Sequence record: MT366760.1
DNA length: 64,000 nt
Strand: one strand, 5' to 3'
The first letter of the stretch is position 1; every line of letters starts with the position of its first letter. Positions 1 to 8,757 of the stretch are shown piece after piece. A program made the translations under genes and the position numbers. The notes below the pieces were generated by a model that was not told the origin of the DNA, ran no database searches, and was given only the letters and a program-made list of their open reading frames with translations.

Positions 1-201
1 AAAGCCCCGTTCCTCTAGCTCTAGAAGAGTCCTACGGTTGGTTAACACGTCCATTCCCATTAATCTCTTAGTGGAACCCGCCTCGATACATATACGTTTA
101 ATCCATATATCCCCGAAGTCAAGGGTATTAGTAACCAGTAGGTACTCCTGCGGTAGTTCTTCGTCTAGTATTGTGCCTTCTATCGCTGACCAATCGTCCA
201 T
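1..201 (-). CDS. hypothetical protein, partial (runs off window edge)
   Basis: Manual translation from ATG at 201 (MDDWSAIEGTILDEELPQEY...) is open to base 1. Not in the ORF track; the listed + ORF 38..229 is its antisense shadow. Confidence 0.55.
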   Translation of the reverse strand, partial: MDDWSAIEGTILDEELPQEYLLVTNTLDFGDIWIKRICIEAGSTKRLMGMDVLTNRRTLLELEERGF

Positions 202-552
202 AGTTCTTTCCCCATATATAGTATACTAATAAATTACTGTATTACTCGTAGAGGGGAGACCTGTAGAGACACCTTTGACAGTAAACTAACAGTCCTCAGC
301 TATTGTCATGCTAATGTCAGGGCAGTGTGTGGTTGTTGTCTATATATGATAGGACTTTGACGCTGTATAGGAGGTTTAAACGGGTATCTGAGGACACGAT
401 ATATCTGGTACTGTCCCAACCCTAGTAAGGTATTTTTCGTCAATCTATAGGAGGTTTGCGCGCTGTAGGGTATAATCTTGAGGCTCTAGAGAGGGGTCTA
501 AAATGTGGGAATTTCGGGGTGGTGGAATTTGTCTAGTCTATTATTGGAGAGT

Positions 553-585
553 AAAAACCCCCAATACCATCTCTGATACTGGGGT
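553..585 (-). terminator. intrinsic terminator
   Basis: Minus strand ACCCCAGTATC-AGA-GATGGTATTGGGGGT followed by TTTT, just downstream of CDS 600..974. Confidence 0.65.
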
Positions 586-599
586 CTATATATATAGTG

Positions 600-974
600 C
601 TATACTAAAGTCGCTAAGGCATATGAGTGTATATACCTGATTCCGTCTATGTTAAGGGTTATCCATAGCCCCTGCGCTGTATAGGCATAGTCAACGCGAA
701 CTTCTAGTCCGAGGGTGAATACGCTCAGGTCGTTCCCGCCATCGTCAGTGAAGGCTCCACGGCGTGTTCTGCCGTCATACGGATAGACTTCTTGTATGTA
801 GTCCGTTAGTTCCCATATATACGGTCGGATTTCGTCTAGCGTGTAACCCTCTGATATATTTATAGGTCTAGAAGAACCTGTGGGAGCTGAAGGAACTAGC
901 ATACAGGCTCCGGCTTCTTCAAAGGTCTTAGACGACTCATCTGTTATGGTTAAGCTCACTTGGGGTTTACACAT
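600..974 (-). CDS. hypothetical protein
   Basis: 124-aa ORF, co-directional and overlapping the previous gene. Confidence 0.65.
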   Translation of the reverse strand: MCKPQVSLTITDESSKTFEEAGACMLVPSAPTGSSRPINISEGYTLDEIRPYIWELTDYIQEVYPYDGRTRRGAFTDDGGNDLSVFTLGLEVRVDYAYTAQGLWITLNIDGIRYIHSYALATLV

Positions 975-1534
975 TGTTCCTCTCCGTATATATGGGGACG
1001 TCTAGCACATGGTGACTCTACATTACCCCTGACTACTGAAAGGGCGTACTCAGTAGTAGCCTTCGCGGTCGTGAAACCAGATGCGTGTGTATTGTTACCG
1101 ACTTTAAGTATAAACTCACTGCGACCTAGCTGAACAACGCGATAAGGCGCTATAGAATAGAGCGGTCTGTGCTCGTACACGACTTTAGTGCCTTGTCCAG
1201 TCCATTCACCGTTCAGGAAGTCTAGTGCAAGCCCCTTATACCCCTGCCCCTGCTTGTTATCGAGGAACCCCTCACCGTTAGGACGACCACTATATACAAG
1301 CCACGCGAAATCTCCGTCAGCTTTAGCGTTATATGCGAAGTAACCTTTGTCCAAGCTTACCCAGATGTTGGTTTCTACGTTGTCCCTGTTCCTATACCCC
1401 TCTTTCCGGATGTGTTGGCACAATATAACAGTGTTCTTCTTCACTCCCCACGCTTCTAGAACAGGGCTAGTGGCGTGAACCTCTGCAAAGAACAGGTCTC
1501 CACACCTTATATGTGCTGCATTAGCATCAAACAT
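956..1534 (-). CDS. hypothetical protein
   Basis: 192-aa ORF with a GGAG SD upstream. Confidence 0.7.
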   Translation of the reverse strand: MFDANAAHIRCGDLFFAEVHATSPVLEAWGVKKNTVILCQHIRKEGYRNRDNVETNIWVSLDKGYFAYNAKADGDFAWLVYSGRPNGEGFLDNKQGQGYKGLALDFLNGEWTGQGTKVVYEHRPLYSIAPYRVVQLGRSEFILKVGNNTHASGFTTAKATTEYALSVVRGNVESPCARRPHIYGEEQCVNPK

Positions 1535-1536
1535 CT

Positions 1537-1818
1537 TTATTCTCCTATAAGTATTCTACGAATCACCTGTAATTTACAATACCCACGTGGGAAAGGCGCT
1601 ATAGACAGGTTGTTTTGACGCCAGATACGCAGGATTCCACTCATCTTCGGCTCCATATAGACAACCCATTGCTCCTTATGGTACTGTGGGTAGTTCAGCA
1701 CCTTTTTCAGTGCTCGATACCTCTCTTCCGTAAGCCCCTGAGTGCAAAAGAGCAGTGTATGGTCGAGGTTAGCGCGTGCTATTTTCCTCTTGAACCATAT
1801 ATCGTGTGGTCTACTCAT
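1537..1818 (-). CDS. hypothetical protein
   Basis: 93-aa ORF; ATG overlaps the upstream stop. Confidence 0.65.
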   Translation of the reverse strand: MSRPHDIWFKRKIARANLDHTLLFCTQGLTEERYRALKKVLNYPQYHKEQWVVYMEPKMSGILRIWRQNNLSIAPFPRGYCKLQVIRRILIGE

Positions 1819-2149
1819 TAGTCTTGACTCCTAATTCAGCATTACTACACAGATAGTTAGTGAGTTCTGTCTTTAACTGGTATACAACTAGGTCTTGCTC
1901 GTCAACACTGTGACCATCAGGCGCATACGCACGAGAATTCCACGTTGCAACACGTTCTTTAGCGTAATGTACACGCATCTGCCATGAAGCTGACAGTGGT
2001 CTGGGTACTTCTACACACTTTTCTCTGATAGATACTAGTAGAGACTCGCATAGAGCAATAGATTCCTCTAGTAACTTCAGGTTTGAATGGTTCTGAGTCA
2101 TGGTTAACTCCTTATTATGGATGATGCTAAACTTTTGACACGACAACAC
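1811..2149 (-). CDS. hypothetical protein (true start probably MTQNHS near 2101)
   Basis: ORF with an AAGGAG SD before the internal ATG. Confidence 0.65.
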   Translation of the reverse strand: MLSCQKFSIIHNKELTMTQNHSNLKLLEESIALCESLLVSIREKCVEVPRPLSASWQMRVHYAKERVATWNSRAYAPDGHSVDEQDLVVYQLKTELTNYLCSNAELGVKTNE

Positions 2150-2178
2150 GAAAGAGCGTGCTGTGGGTCGAGGGAAAC

Positions 2179-2250
2179 ATTAGGAAAATCACGGGAGTCT
2201 AGTAGTCCTGAGAGCAACTGTAGAAAAATCGGGATTTTCTGGTGGACTTA
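2179..2250 (-). other. inverted-repeat element, copy 1 (paralog at 5515-5587)
   Basis: ATTAGGAAAATCACGG ... GATTTTCTGGTGG-ACTTA is shared with 5515-5587; the arms GAAAATC/GATTTTC are complementary. Confidence 0.6.
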
Positions 2251-2434
2251 ATTTTCGATGGGGAGGTCTTAATTTTCGATACCCCACCTTTAAATTGGAA
2301 CAAATTCACGATGGGGAGGTCTTAATTTTCGATACCCCACCTTTAAATTGGACTTAATTTTCGATGGGGAGGTCTTAATTTTCGATACCCCACCTTTAAA
2401 TTGGAACAAATTCACGATGGGGAGGTCTTAAATT
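2244..2434. repeat. 53-bp tandem direct repeat, about 3.6 copies, two alternating variants
   Basis: Units start at 2244, 2297, 2350 and 2403. The constant part CGATGGGGAGGTCTTAATTTTCGATACCCCACCTTTAAATT is preceded alternately by GGACTTAATTTT or GGAACAAATTCA. Confidence 0.9.
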
Positions 2435-2461
2435 AACAATAGTATCTTAAATTGACTTAAA

Positions 2462-3091
2462 CTAGGCAAAGGACGGAACTCGTATATTAACCCCAGACTT
2501 GCGGTGTTCCTTAGTCAACTGCACTATAGACCTAGTTTCAATAGGTGGGAGTAAGCTAGCGTCTATAGTACTCCAATAATCAAGGGAGTTATCGGTCAGT
2601 GCACTTTCTAAACCTCCTAAACTCACTACGGATACCTCAGTGTAGTCCGCTAAGAGGTTAATAGCGTAGTCTCTAGTGGTGGGATGTAAGTGACCCAATA
2701 GTTCCTTAGTTCTTTCCACATCCAGAGTATCTTCGAATACTATACTAGTCATATTGGAAGTACGTGGGGACAGTACTAGAACCCTAGAACCCTTCTCGAC
2801 TAGTAGTATATCGGGGTTTCTCTCGCTGAGCTTATCCGTCAATCCCCCAATGACGTCTTGTAGATTGAAGTGACCTTGTTCTTCCGCTAGTATGGATATA
2901 AACAGCACATGGAATAGTACGTCGCCCAATTCTTCTCTAAGGTTCTCCATATCCCCCGTTAGTAGGGCTTCTACCACTTCCCCTGACTCTTCGTGGAACT
3001 TGCGGTGCATATTAGTCAGATCGCGGGATGTAAGTGACCCATGTTCACGTAGTTTCTTTAGTTGTCCGATTAATGCTTTCATCATTTCCAT
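2462..3091 (-). CDS. mazG: MazG-family nucleoside triphosphate pyrophosphohydrolase
   Basis: EESGEVVEAL...LREELGDVLFHVLF...KLSERNP matches the MazG EExxE/EELGD signature. Confidence 0.85.
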   Translation of the reverse strand: MEMMKALIGQLKKLREHGSLTSRDLTNMHRKFHEESGEVVEALLTGDMENLREELGDVLFHVLFISILAEEQGHFNLQDVIGGLTDKLSERNPDILLVEKGSRVLVLSPRTSNMTSIVFEDTLDVERTKELLGHLHPTTRDYAINLLADYTEVSVVSLGGLESALTDNSLDYWSTIDASLLPPIETRSIVQLTKEHRKSGVNIRVPSFA

Positions 3092-4008
3092 ATCTCCATA
3101 TCTTTAATTGGCGGGAAGTCGATGGTGACCTCGCTAAATTGTTCTTTACTAACGCGGTACAGCGGCTGTTTGCCCCAGATACTCTCAAATTGGGACACGG
3201 GTGCAACAGTTACTAGTACTTGGCGATACTCCATGAACCAACGGAGTACCTTATACTGGTCGTTGGTGATTGTACCCTTGTCTAGTAATCTATCGGCTTC
3301 TGCACGGGTACTAGCTGAGTAGACTGGTCTGTCGCCCGACAACTGTCGTGGGGTGAAAAATTCGTCTGCGAGTGCTATATCTACTCTGTCAACGTTAGAG
3401 TCTTCTAGACGGGTGGTGAGTGGGACTGGGACATTGACACGGGTATCAGGTATCTTTAGAGACCTGAACGCTGACGCCAGTAAATTGACTTTAGAGTCCT
3501 CAGTTAGCTCACGTAGGAAAGACAGATACGCAATGGAATCAACGATATCGCCCTTCTTGAGGTGGGTAATGAGCGCCTTAATGCAACCACCAACAGTCGT
3601 GAAGTATCGACCGTCGTCTTCTTTGCCCGTGGGTGGTACTTTCCACCCGTTATCAAGACCGTATTTGACCTGAGCGGCGTAAAGCTTTTGGAGTACTGCA
3701 CTAGCCGAATCCCCAATAACCTGAGCTGTGGACGGGTGGAGATCCGGATGGTGCGGGAGTTGGATGTAGGGTTCAATACGAGTAATTCTACGGAAGTCTG
3801 TATCAACTGATTGACCGACATCTAGTGTCAGCACGTGTTCATCCCAGAACCAACGCCCGTCCATTGTGCTACCCTTAACAGTGTCTTCAGAAGTCAGCCA
3901 AGTTGGTGCTGTGGACTCTGTGAAGTTAACCGGTAAGTCATCTTTACCCGACAACTCGGGCAGATACGTCATTTGGAAGTATTTCTCACTCATTGCTCTT
4001 GCCCTCAT
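3082..4008 (-). CDS. multidomain phage protein; central domain resembles Ea22/all-alpha NTP-pyrophosphatase-like phage domains
   Basis: KLYAAQVKYGLDNGW...C...L..HLKKGD.VD..AY.SFL pattern, recalled from phage Ead/Ea22-type proteins; overlaps the mazG start. Confidence 0.4.
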   Translation of the reverse strand: MRARAMSEKYFQMTYLPELSGKDDLPVNFTESTAPTWLTSEDTVKGSTMDGRWFWDEHVLTLDVGQSVDTDFRRITRIEPYIQLPHHPDLHPSTAQVIGDSASAVLQKLYAAQVKYGLDNGWKVPPTGKEDDGRYFTTVGGCIKALITHLKKGDIVDSIAYLSFLRELTEDSKVNLLASAFRSLKIPDTRVNVPVPLTTRLEDSNVDRVDIALADEFFTPRQLSGDRPVYSASTRAEADRLLDKGTITNDQYKVLRWFMEYRQVLVTVAPVSQFESIWGKQPLYRVSKEQFSEVTIDFPPIKDMEIWK

Positions 4009-4486
4009 TGATTTCGGTTAGTCTGCTAGTGATACGGTTAATCTTGGATAACACGTTGTCGTTCCTGATTCCACTAGCCAATATTCTGTGTAGGTTAACC
4101 AGTTTTCGTCTAAGTAGACGTTCCTCTAGTACTGTGTTAGACTGAGCGACAGCAACGACTAATGCGTCTCTGCGTACCCTTTCCGTGATTATTCGTAACG
4201 ACGCTAATGAGGTGTCCCTCACACGACCATTACCTATCTTAACGAGATGTGGGGTTTCCATACAAACAGGTGTAGCTTCTACCCATATATCAACCGTTAC
4301 AGGACGCTTAGCATTAGGTTTGCTCTCTACGTATCCTAACTCGGGACAGTCCTTATGAACCATAAGCATATGTATGCGACCTATAGTCTTCAGTTTAGAC
4401 AGCATTTTAGGGTTGTTCCTAGCTTTCAACGCATCCGCCAGACTTATTATATTATTATTATTCGTCATCGCCCACACCTTCTTCAA
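3986..4486 (-). CDS. hypothetical protein
   Basis: 166-aa ORF in an operon-like arrangement. Confidence 0.65.
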   Translation of the reverse strand: MKKVWAMTNNNNIISLADALKARNNPKMLSKLKTIGRIHMLMVHKDCPELGYVESKPNAKRPVTVDIWVEATPVCMETPHLVKIGNGRVRDTSLASLRIITERVRRDALVVAVAQSNTVLEERLLRRKLVNLHRILASGIRNDNVLSKINRITSRLTEINEGKSNE

Positions 4487-4901
4487 CGGTTGTTAAAAGC
4501 GCACTACAAATGTCTTTGAGTGGTGACACAACTAGCTTAGCGCGGTTCATCGCGTCATCGACTCGGTCTTCTGCACTTTCCCAATACTCAGCCATACGTT
4601 CCCTCGGTGCTGAGGACAAACCATTATTGTGGAACTTAAGGTCACTGGCAAAGCGAGCAAAGTAACTAGCACGAACCTTGTGTAGCTCGTCCTGAGACTT
4701 CTCAAACTGACGGGTTTCCCATATTGCACACGCTAGCGCGTCCTCAAACTTGGGGTAGTAAGCGTACGACTTCTCTTCTACTATGGACATAGTAGACTCA
4801 TCAACAGACCAATAGGTAGCAACACCATCGTTATCCTCGTACGCACTAGCTGAGGTAGCTAATAGCAGTAGTGGGGATAGTAGTTTAATCATCTTATTCA
4901 T
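4458..4901 (-). CDS. hypothetical exported protein (signal peptide)
   Basis: N-terminus MIKLLSPLLLLATSASA-YED has a basic, hydrophobic and AxA cleavage pattern. Confidence 0.6.
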   Translation of the reverse strand: MNKMIKLLSPLLLLATSASAYEDNDGVATYWSVDESTMSIVEEKSYAYYPKFEDALACAIWETRQFEKSQDELHKVRASYFARFASDLKFHNNGLSSAPRERMAEYWESAEDRVDDAMNRAKLVVSPLKDICSALLTTVEEGVGDDE

Positions 4902-4905
4902 CGTT

Positions 4906-5475
4906 CTAACCTATAGTTTCTTCATCAATAACATTGTGGTAGTTTTCCATTTCCCATGAATCTGGGATTAACTTAGCCTGCATGTGACCATAATCAATCA
5001 TGACCACACGAGTCTTACCTTCCCAATGCAGTACACCCCAGTTGTCTAGGTGTACGTCTTTCAGGAAGCTAGGTATCTGTTGCGGGATATCCTCTATCTT
5101 AGCGGGTTGGCACTTAACCATCATCAAGTATCTACCACAATCGGAGATCTCTACAACTGGGCAGAACCAACGGGCTAATTCAGGGTTAGTCCTCACGTCC
5201 GACCACACTTCCCATTCTCGGATGTTGTTCATAATACCCAGAATCTGACCGGACTCATAGCGACAAGCAACCTTAACAACTTTGGGTTGTCCCCACAGTT
5301 CCTTATCAGCGACCGTACTACCAAAGGAAAATGTGTAGTCGCCACCATTAACATCAAAGACTCTGCGCGTTGTACCCTGACGGTATGCGTGGGGTAGCAG
5401 ATAGTCTAATAGACCTTTAGCCGTTTCGGGGTGGATATCACCGTTCCTAGTATTACCTATATTCTTCATAGCCAT
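4906..5475 (-). CDS. small protein-kinase-like (PKL-fold) enzyme
   Basis: VVKVA (ATP-binding Lys), NIRE (helix C Glu), DVHLDN (catalytic loop DxHxxN) and IDYG (DFG-like) occur in canonical order. Confidence 0.65.
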   Translation of the reverse strand: MAMKNIGNTRNGDIHPETAKGLLDYLLPHAYRQGTTRRVFDVNGGDYTFSFGSTVADKELWGQPKVVKVACRYESGQILGIMNNIREWEVWSDVRTNPELARWFCPVVEISDCGRYLMMVKCQPAKIEDIPQQIPSFLKDVHLDNWGVLHWEGKTRVVMIDYGHMQAKLIPDSWEMENYHNVIDEETIG

Positions 5476-5500
5476 TGTTCTCTGTTTGTATTCATATCCG

Positions 5501-5507
5501 ATTTACA
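5501..5507 (-). promoter_or_regulatory. TGTAAAT box (putative phage middle/late promoter)
   Basis: Recurrent intergenic motif; 26 nt upstream of the kinase-like gene start. Confidence 0.45.
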
Positions 5508-5514
5508 GGATACA

Positions 5515-5587
5515 ATTAGGAAAATCACGGAACATATGCACTACCTGAGGTTCATATGGGAAATCCGCGATTTTCTGGTGGGACTTA
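5515..5587 (-). other. inverted-repeat element, copy 2 (paralog at 2179-2250)
   Basis: GAAAATCACGG (5520-5530) pairs with CCGCGATTTTC (5565-5575) with one mismatch; flanks match 2179-2250. Confidence 0.6.
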
Positions 5588-5604
5588 TTAATTAGGGGGT
5601 ACCT

Positions 5605-5940
5605 TTAATTTAGTGGAGTATAGCGGGTTGCGTGGATGTTCCCACCTTTCTGGATGTAACGTTGTTTAATGTCGTCAAACAATTCGACATCTACAAGTTC
5701 CTTTACTTGAGGGTTGTTCGCCAGTAGCTGACCGAAAGCACGTAGGAACTCAAACGTAGCTTCATCGTTGTCTTCTACCTTAACTTGTTTAGCAATCTGG
5801 TCAATCTGCTTAGCACACAGCGCATCCATTTCACCTAATTCAGATGGTGGATACGGCACGTCACCGTCGTGCATATCACTAAGGGCATGTGTCATTAACC
5901 AAGCAGCGTTCTTAATTGATATGACTATCGTAGTATGCAT
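5605..5940 (-). CDS. hypothetical protein
   Basis: 111-aa ORF, GGAGAG SD. Confidence 0.7.
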   Translation of the reverse strand: MHTTIVISIKNAAWLMTHALSDMHDGDVPYPPSELGEMDALCAKQIDQIAKQVKVEDNDEATFEFLRAFGQLLANNPQVKELVDVELFDDIKQRYIQKGGNIHATRYTPLN

Positions 5941-5960
5941 GAGTCTCTCCTAGTTGAAAT

Positions 5961-5995
5961 ATAATCAAGGACACTCATCGAATGCCCTTTGTTAT
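5961..5995 (-). other. conserved intergenic RNA hairpin H1 (RNase III-site-like)
   Basis: Minus strand ATAACA-AAGGGCATTC-GAT-GAGTGTCCTT-GATTAT. Confidence 0.7.
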
Positions 5996-6054
5996 ATTAG
6001 TCGTTGCGTTTGAACTCACTGTAGATACATAGTCCACAGCATATCAGTGGGGAT

Positions 6055-6690
6055 TTATTGGTCTTGCAGGATTAATGTAGTCTCCTCTACTAGTGTACCA
6101 GATGTGTGTGATGAATTGCGCATTGTCCAGAGGGCTAGTCGGTCGTCGTGTGACTTGTAACGGTTAAGCGCGACATCAACTGTTCTCCAACCACCACCCA
6201 TTGGGATAAGCTCAATCTGAAAGTGTAGGCGCATACCACCATGAGTCAAAGGTGCATCTAAGAACTTTTCTAAATCCCCAATAGTACCCGCTCTATCCGT
6301 GGAAGAATTACTACGTGCTAAATGCGGTAGTAGTTTCTCAGTATCAAAGCACACGTCAATGACTTTAAAAGATTCTTTGTTAACCATGGTGATGTCTAGA
6401 CCCTTAAGTTCCTTCAACATACTATCAACCAATTGGTCTAGGCGCGATGGGAATACGTGGAAACCCTCGTCAAGAATCTCGTTCATTGCGCATGTGAACG
6501 CTTTGTAATCGGAATAAGAAACCTGAGACTGGATAGAAATAACTGCTTCACGAACCTGATGCATAGCATCGTTACGTAACTGGCTACCCTTTTTGTGTGC
6601 GTGCGCACCGTAGCGAATGAAAGTAGAAAGAATCCATTGAGCGTTAGTCAAATCGTTGTGGACGTTGTCCTGATTGATTGTGATTTTCAT
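6055..6690 (-). CDS. hypothetical protein
   Basis: ORF; start moved to the ATG at 6690 after an AAGGAG SD. Confidence 0.7.
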   Translation of the reverse strand: MKITINQDNVHNDLTNAQWILSTFIRYGAHAHKKGSQLRNDAMHQVREAVISIQSQVSYSDYKAFTCAMNEILDEGFHVFPSRLDQLVDSMLKELKGLDITMVNKESFKVIDVCFDTEKLLPHLARSNSSTDRAGTIGDLEKFLDAPLTHGGMRLHFQIELIPMGGGWRTVDVALNRYKSHDDRLALWTMRNSSHTSGTLVEETTLILQDQ

Positions 6691-6710
6691 AAGTGTTCTC
6701 CTTTGCAAAC

Positions 6711-6746
6711 ATAATCGGAAGCACTTTGGTAAATGCTTCCTGTTAT
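6711..6746 (-). other. conserved intergenic RNA hairpin H2
   Basis: ATAACA-GGAAGCATTT-ACCA-AAGTGCTTCC-GATTAT, 1 nt after the stop at 6748. Confidence 0.7.
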
Positions 6747-6747
6747 A

Positions 6748-7128
6748 TTAACTAATTTGGAAAACCTGAGTGTTTGGACAATCGAAGTGTTCGACTTCTG
6801 CTTTAACTAACTCAGCGATTGTTGCACAGTCACCACGGATAACCTTAACGTATTGAGTACCATCAACGTCGTGAGTCTTTTCAATCCAAACCTGACCATC
6901 AGCAGTAGTAGCAACCTGATAGTGGATGTTACTTTTGTTAAGGTACAAATGAGTGCGGTATTTACCAGTACCATAAGTTGGACAACCTTTCTTGTGTACT
7001 AGATTCAAGCAATCCTCTTCAGTGTAGCTTGACTCAAGTTCCTTATCGAATATAACAGCCATATCCATCTTGTTAGCAGCTAGTTGTTCTTCGATTGCTT
7101 TTACTTCTTCACGTTTGATAGTTTTCAT
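6748..7128 (-). CDS. hypothetical early protein
   Basis: 126-aa ORF directly after the sigma70 promoter at 7170-7198. Confidence 0.7.
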   Translation of the reverse strand: MKTIKREEVKAIEEQLAANKMDMAVIFDKELESSYTEEDCLNLVHKKGCPTYGTGKYRTHLYLNKSNIHYQVATTADGQVWIEKTHDVDGTQYVKVIRGDCATIAELVKAEVEHFDCPNTQVFQIS

Positions 7129-7169
7129 AATCGTATTCCTCTAAGTTACTATCATTTATCCACACTTCC

Positions 7170-7198
7170 ATTATACCAGAATATGAGTTCCATTGCAA
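7170..7198 (-). promoter_or_regulatory. host sigma70 promoter (extended -10)
   Basis: Minus strand TTGCAA-17 bp-TATAAT, with TGG immediately before the -10. Confidence 0.8.
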
Positions 7199-7223
7199 AT
7201 TTATTTACCATACGACAAAGATG

Positions 7224-7252
7224 AAAAAGCCCCAACCGAAGTCAGGGCTTTT
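7224..7252 (-). terminator. intrinsic terminator
   Basis: GCCCTGAC-TTCG-GTTGGGGC-TTTTT after the stop at 7255. Confidence 0.85.
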
Positions 7253-7254
7253 AC

Positions 7255-8169
7255 TTACACATGGAATAATATATCAGTTGGTACCTTCGTATGTAACTTT
7301 GAATCTGAAGTTACATCAAGGTCTACGAGATTAATACCATATTCATAGCGATTTAGACTACGTTCAGGTACGTTGAAGCACATAGTGTTATCCTGAGTGA
7401 ATCCCGCTTCTGCGGCACATTCTAAAACTTCATAATAAGACCAAATTCTCTGCGTCCATGGTTGTTCAACATTTATCCTAGATATTTGAGCTGACTTAGT
7501 CTCATCAGTATAGAATCTGAATTTAAGCCACGTCTTCATTGTGTTCGTCCATAAATCGTATTCTGAAGACTCCGTTGACTCCATGTATAAACTAGATGTA
7601 CCACCCTGTTCTAAATAATCACGTATAGGATGGTGAGATTCAATGTACCGTTTAGACACCTTTGTTTCTACGTGGTTAAGTACACCACTGCCGCCATCCG
7701 GATCTCCGACATGTAGGAAGAAGATACCACCCGATTTATCTAGGGCTTCTTTAACTCTCTTGAACATACTCACTACTAGTTCTCTAGCGGTATAGTCTTT
7801 ATTAGGTAGGATACATGGTAGCGAATGATAGTGCGCCACAATAATATCGCAGTCTTCGGGGTACTCATCAAGACATGCGTCACCCTGCCATACATCGGGT
7901 GACGACTTAATGATATCCATGGTTTGGTATTCCCTGACTGGGTAGGGGCACACACGTATGAAGTCCTCACGATGTTCCGAGATACCCGCGAAGGTTTCAA
8001 ACACTTTTAAACTCGGAGTACCGATAGAAGAATCTTTTAGTTGCTTGTACGTATCAAGTGCTTGAAGGAGCTTCCAATTATCATACGACTTATAGAACTG
8101 GGGTCTGCCATACATTAATCCGTACAAGGGGTACACATCATAAATGTGTGGAATACATTTCTTATTCAT
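7255..8169 (-). CDS. class I SAM-dependent methyltransferase (small-molecule type), paralog B
   Basis: ETFAG (motif I), WQGDA, DIIVAHYHSL, ALDKSGGIFF and QRIW...AEAGF; clearly homologous to 8894..9841. Confidence 0.65.
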   Translation of the reverse strand: MNKKCIPHIYDVYPLYGLMYGRPQFYKSYDNWKLLQALDTYKQLKDSSIGTPSLKVFETFAGISEHREDFIRVCPYPVREYQTMDIIKSSPDVWQGDACLDEYPEDCDIIVAHYHSLPCILPNKDYTARELVVSMFKRVKEALDKSGGIFFLHVGDPDGGSGVLNHVETKVSKRYIESHHPIRDYLEQGGTSSLYMESTESSEYDLWTNTMKTWLKFRFYTDETKSAQISRINVEQPWTQRIWSYYEVLECAAEAGFTQDNTMCFNVPERSLNRYEYGINLVDLDVTSDSKLHTKVPTDILFHV

Positions 8170-8205
8170 TGTAGTAACCTATAAATTACGTAAGCATTTG
8201 TATAT

Positions 8206-8212
8206 ATTTACA
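8206..8212 (-). promoter_or_regulatory. TGTAAAT box
   Basis: Abuts the terminator; 37 nt upstream of the methyltransferase B start. Confidence 0.5.
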
Positions 8213-8217
8213 AGATT

Positions 8218-8247
8218 AAAAAGCCCCAACCGGAGTCGAGGCTTTTT
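8218..8247 (-). terminator. intrinsic terminator
   Basis: GCCTCGAC-TCCG-GTTGGGGC-TTTTT. Confidence 0.8.
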
Positions 8248-8262
8248 GCTAGTGTGTCTTAC

Positions 8263-8757
8263 CTACTTACGAATAGCAGTCGTAATCGTACTCTGGATTA
8301 CACGAAAGGCTGTTTCGAATAATGTCGATACACGTGAGGACTCATGGTACATCGCGCTAATGTTGACATCTTGGACAACTGCTGATGAATAGCTCTTAGG
8401 TAGACTAGGTAGTGTGACACTTTCTAATTCAAAACCTTCTTCCCTAAGATTTCCCAATACCTCAAAACCAAGGTTGCGCCATTTGTTAGCGGAATCACTA
8501 GAATTAATAACTAGACTCGGCAATATGTCTGCCTCGTTTACGAACGTAATTGAAGCGTATACGTAATGCTTAAAGTTATCCTGCTCACGTAACAAGTCCT
8601 GAGTACGTTCGAAGTAGACGTTTAATACAGGTTGACCTTTATTAACTACGATCTCCGTAGATACTTTTTCAGCAGCTACTGTGCTTAATGAAGCACCTGA
8701 ATGGATATTAGTCTGGACGTTAAGCAATGTAGTCATCTGGAATTGTGCGATAGTCAT
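8263..8757 (-). CDS. hypothetical early protein
   Basis: Start reassigned to MTIAQ at 8757 because the longer track ORF runs through the promoter. Confidence 0.65.
   Translation of the reverse strand: MTIAQFQMTTLLNVQTNIHSGASLSTVAAEKVSTEIVVNKGQPVLNVYFERTQDLLREQDNFKHYVYASITFVNEADILPSLVINSSDSANKWRNLGFEVLGNLREEGFELESVTLPSLPKSYSSAVVQDVNISAMYHESSRVSTLFETAFRVIQSTITTAIRK

Noticed and set aside
230-552. Short repeats (CTGTATAGGAGGTTT / CTATAGGAGGTTT) and a plus-strand TATAAT in the non-coding gap
   Set aside because: The repeats are short and imperfect, there is no matching -35, and no plus-strand gene follows.
2244-2434. CRISPR array
   Set aside because: The variable blocks are only 12 nt and alternate between two sequences instead of being unique spacers; no cas genes recognised.
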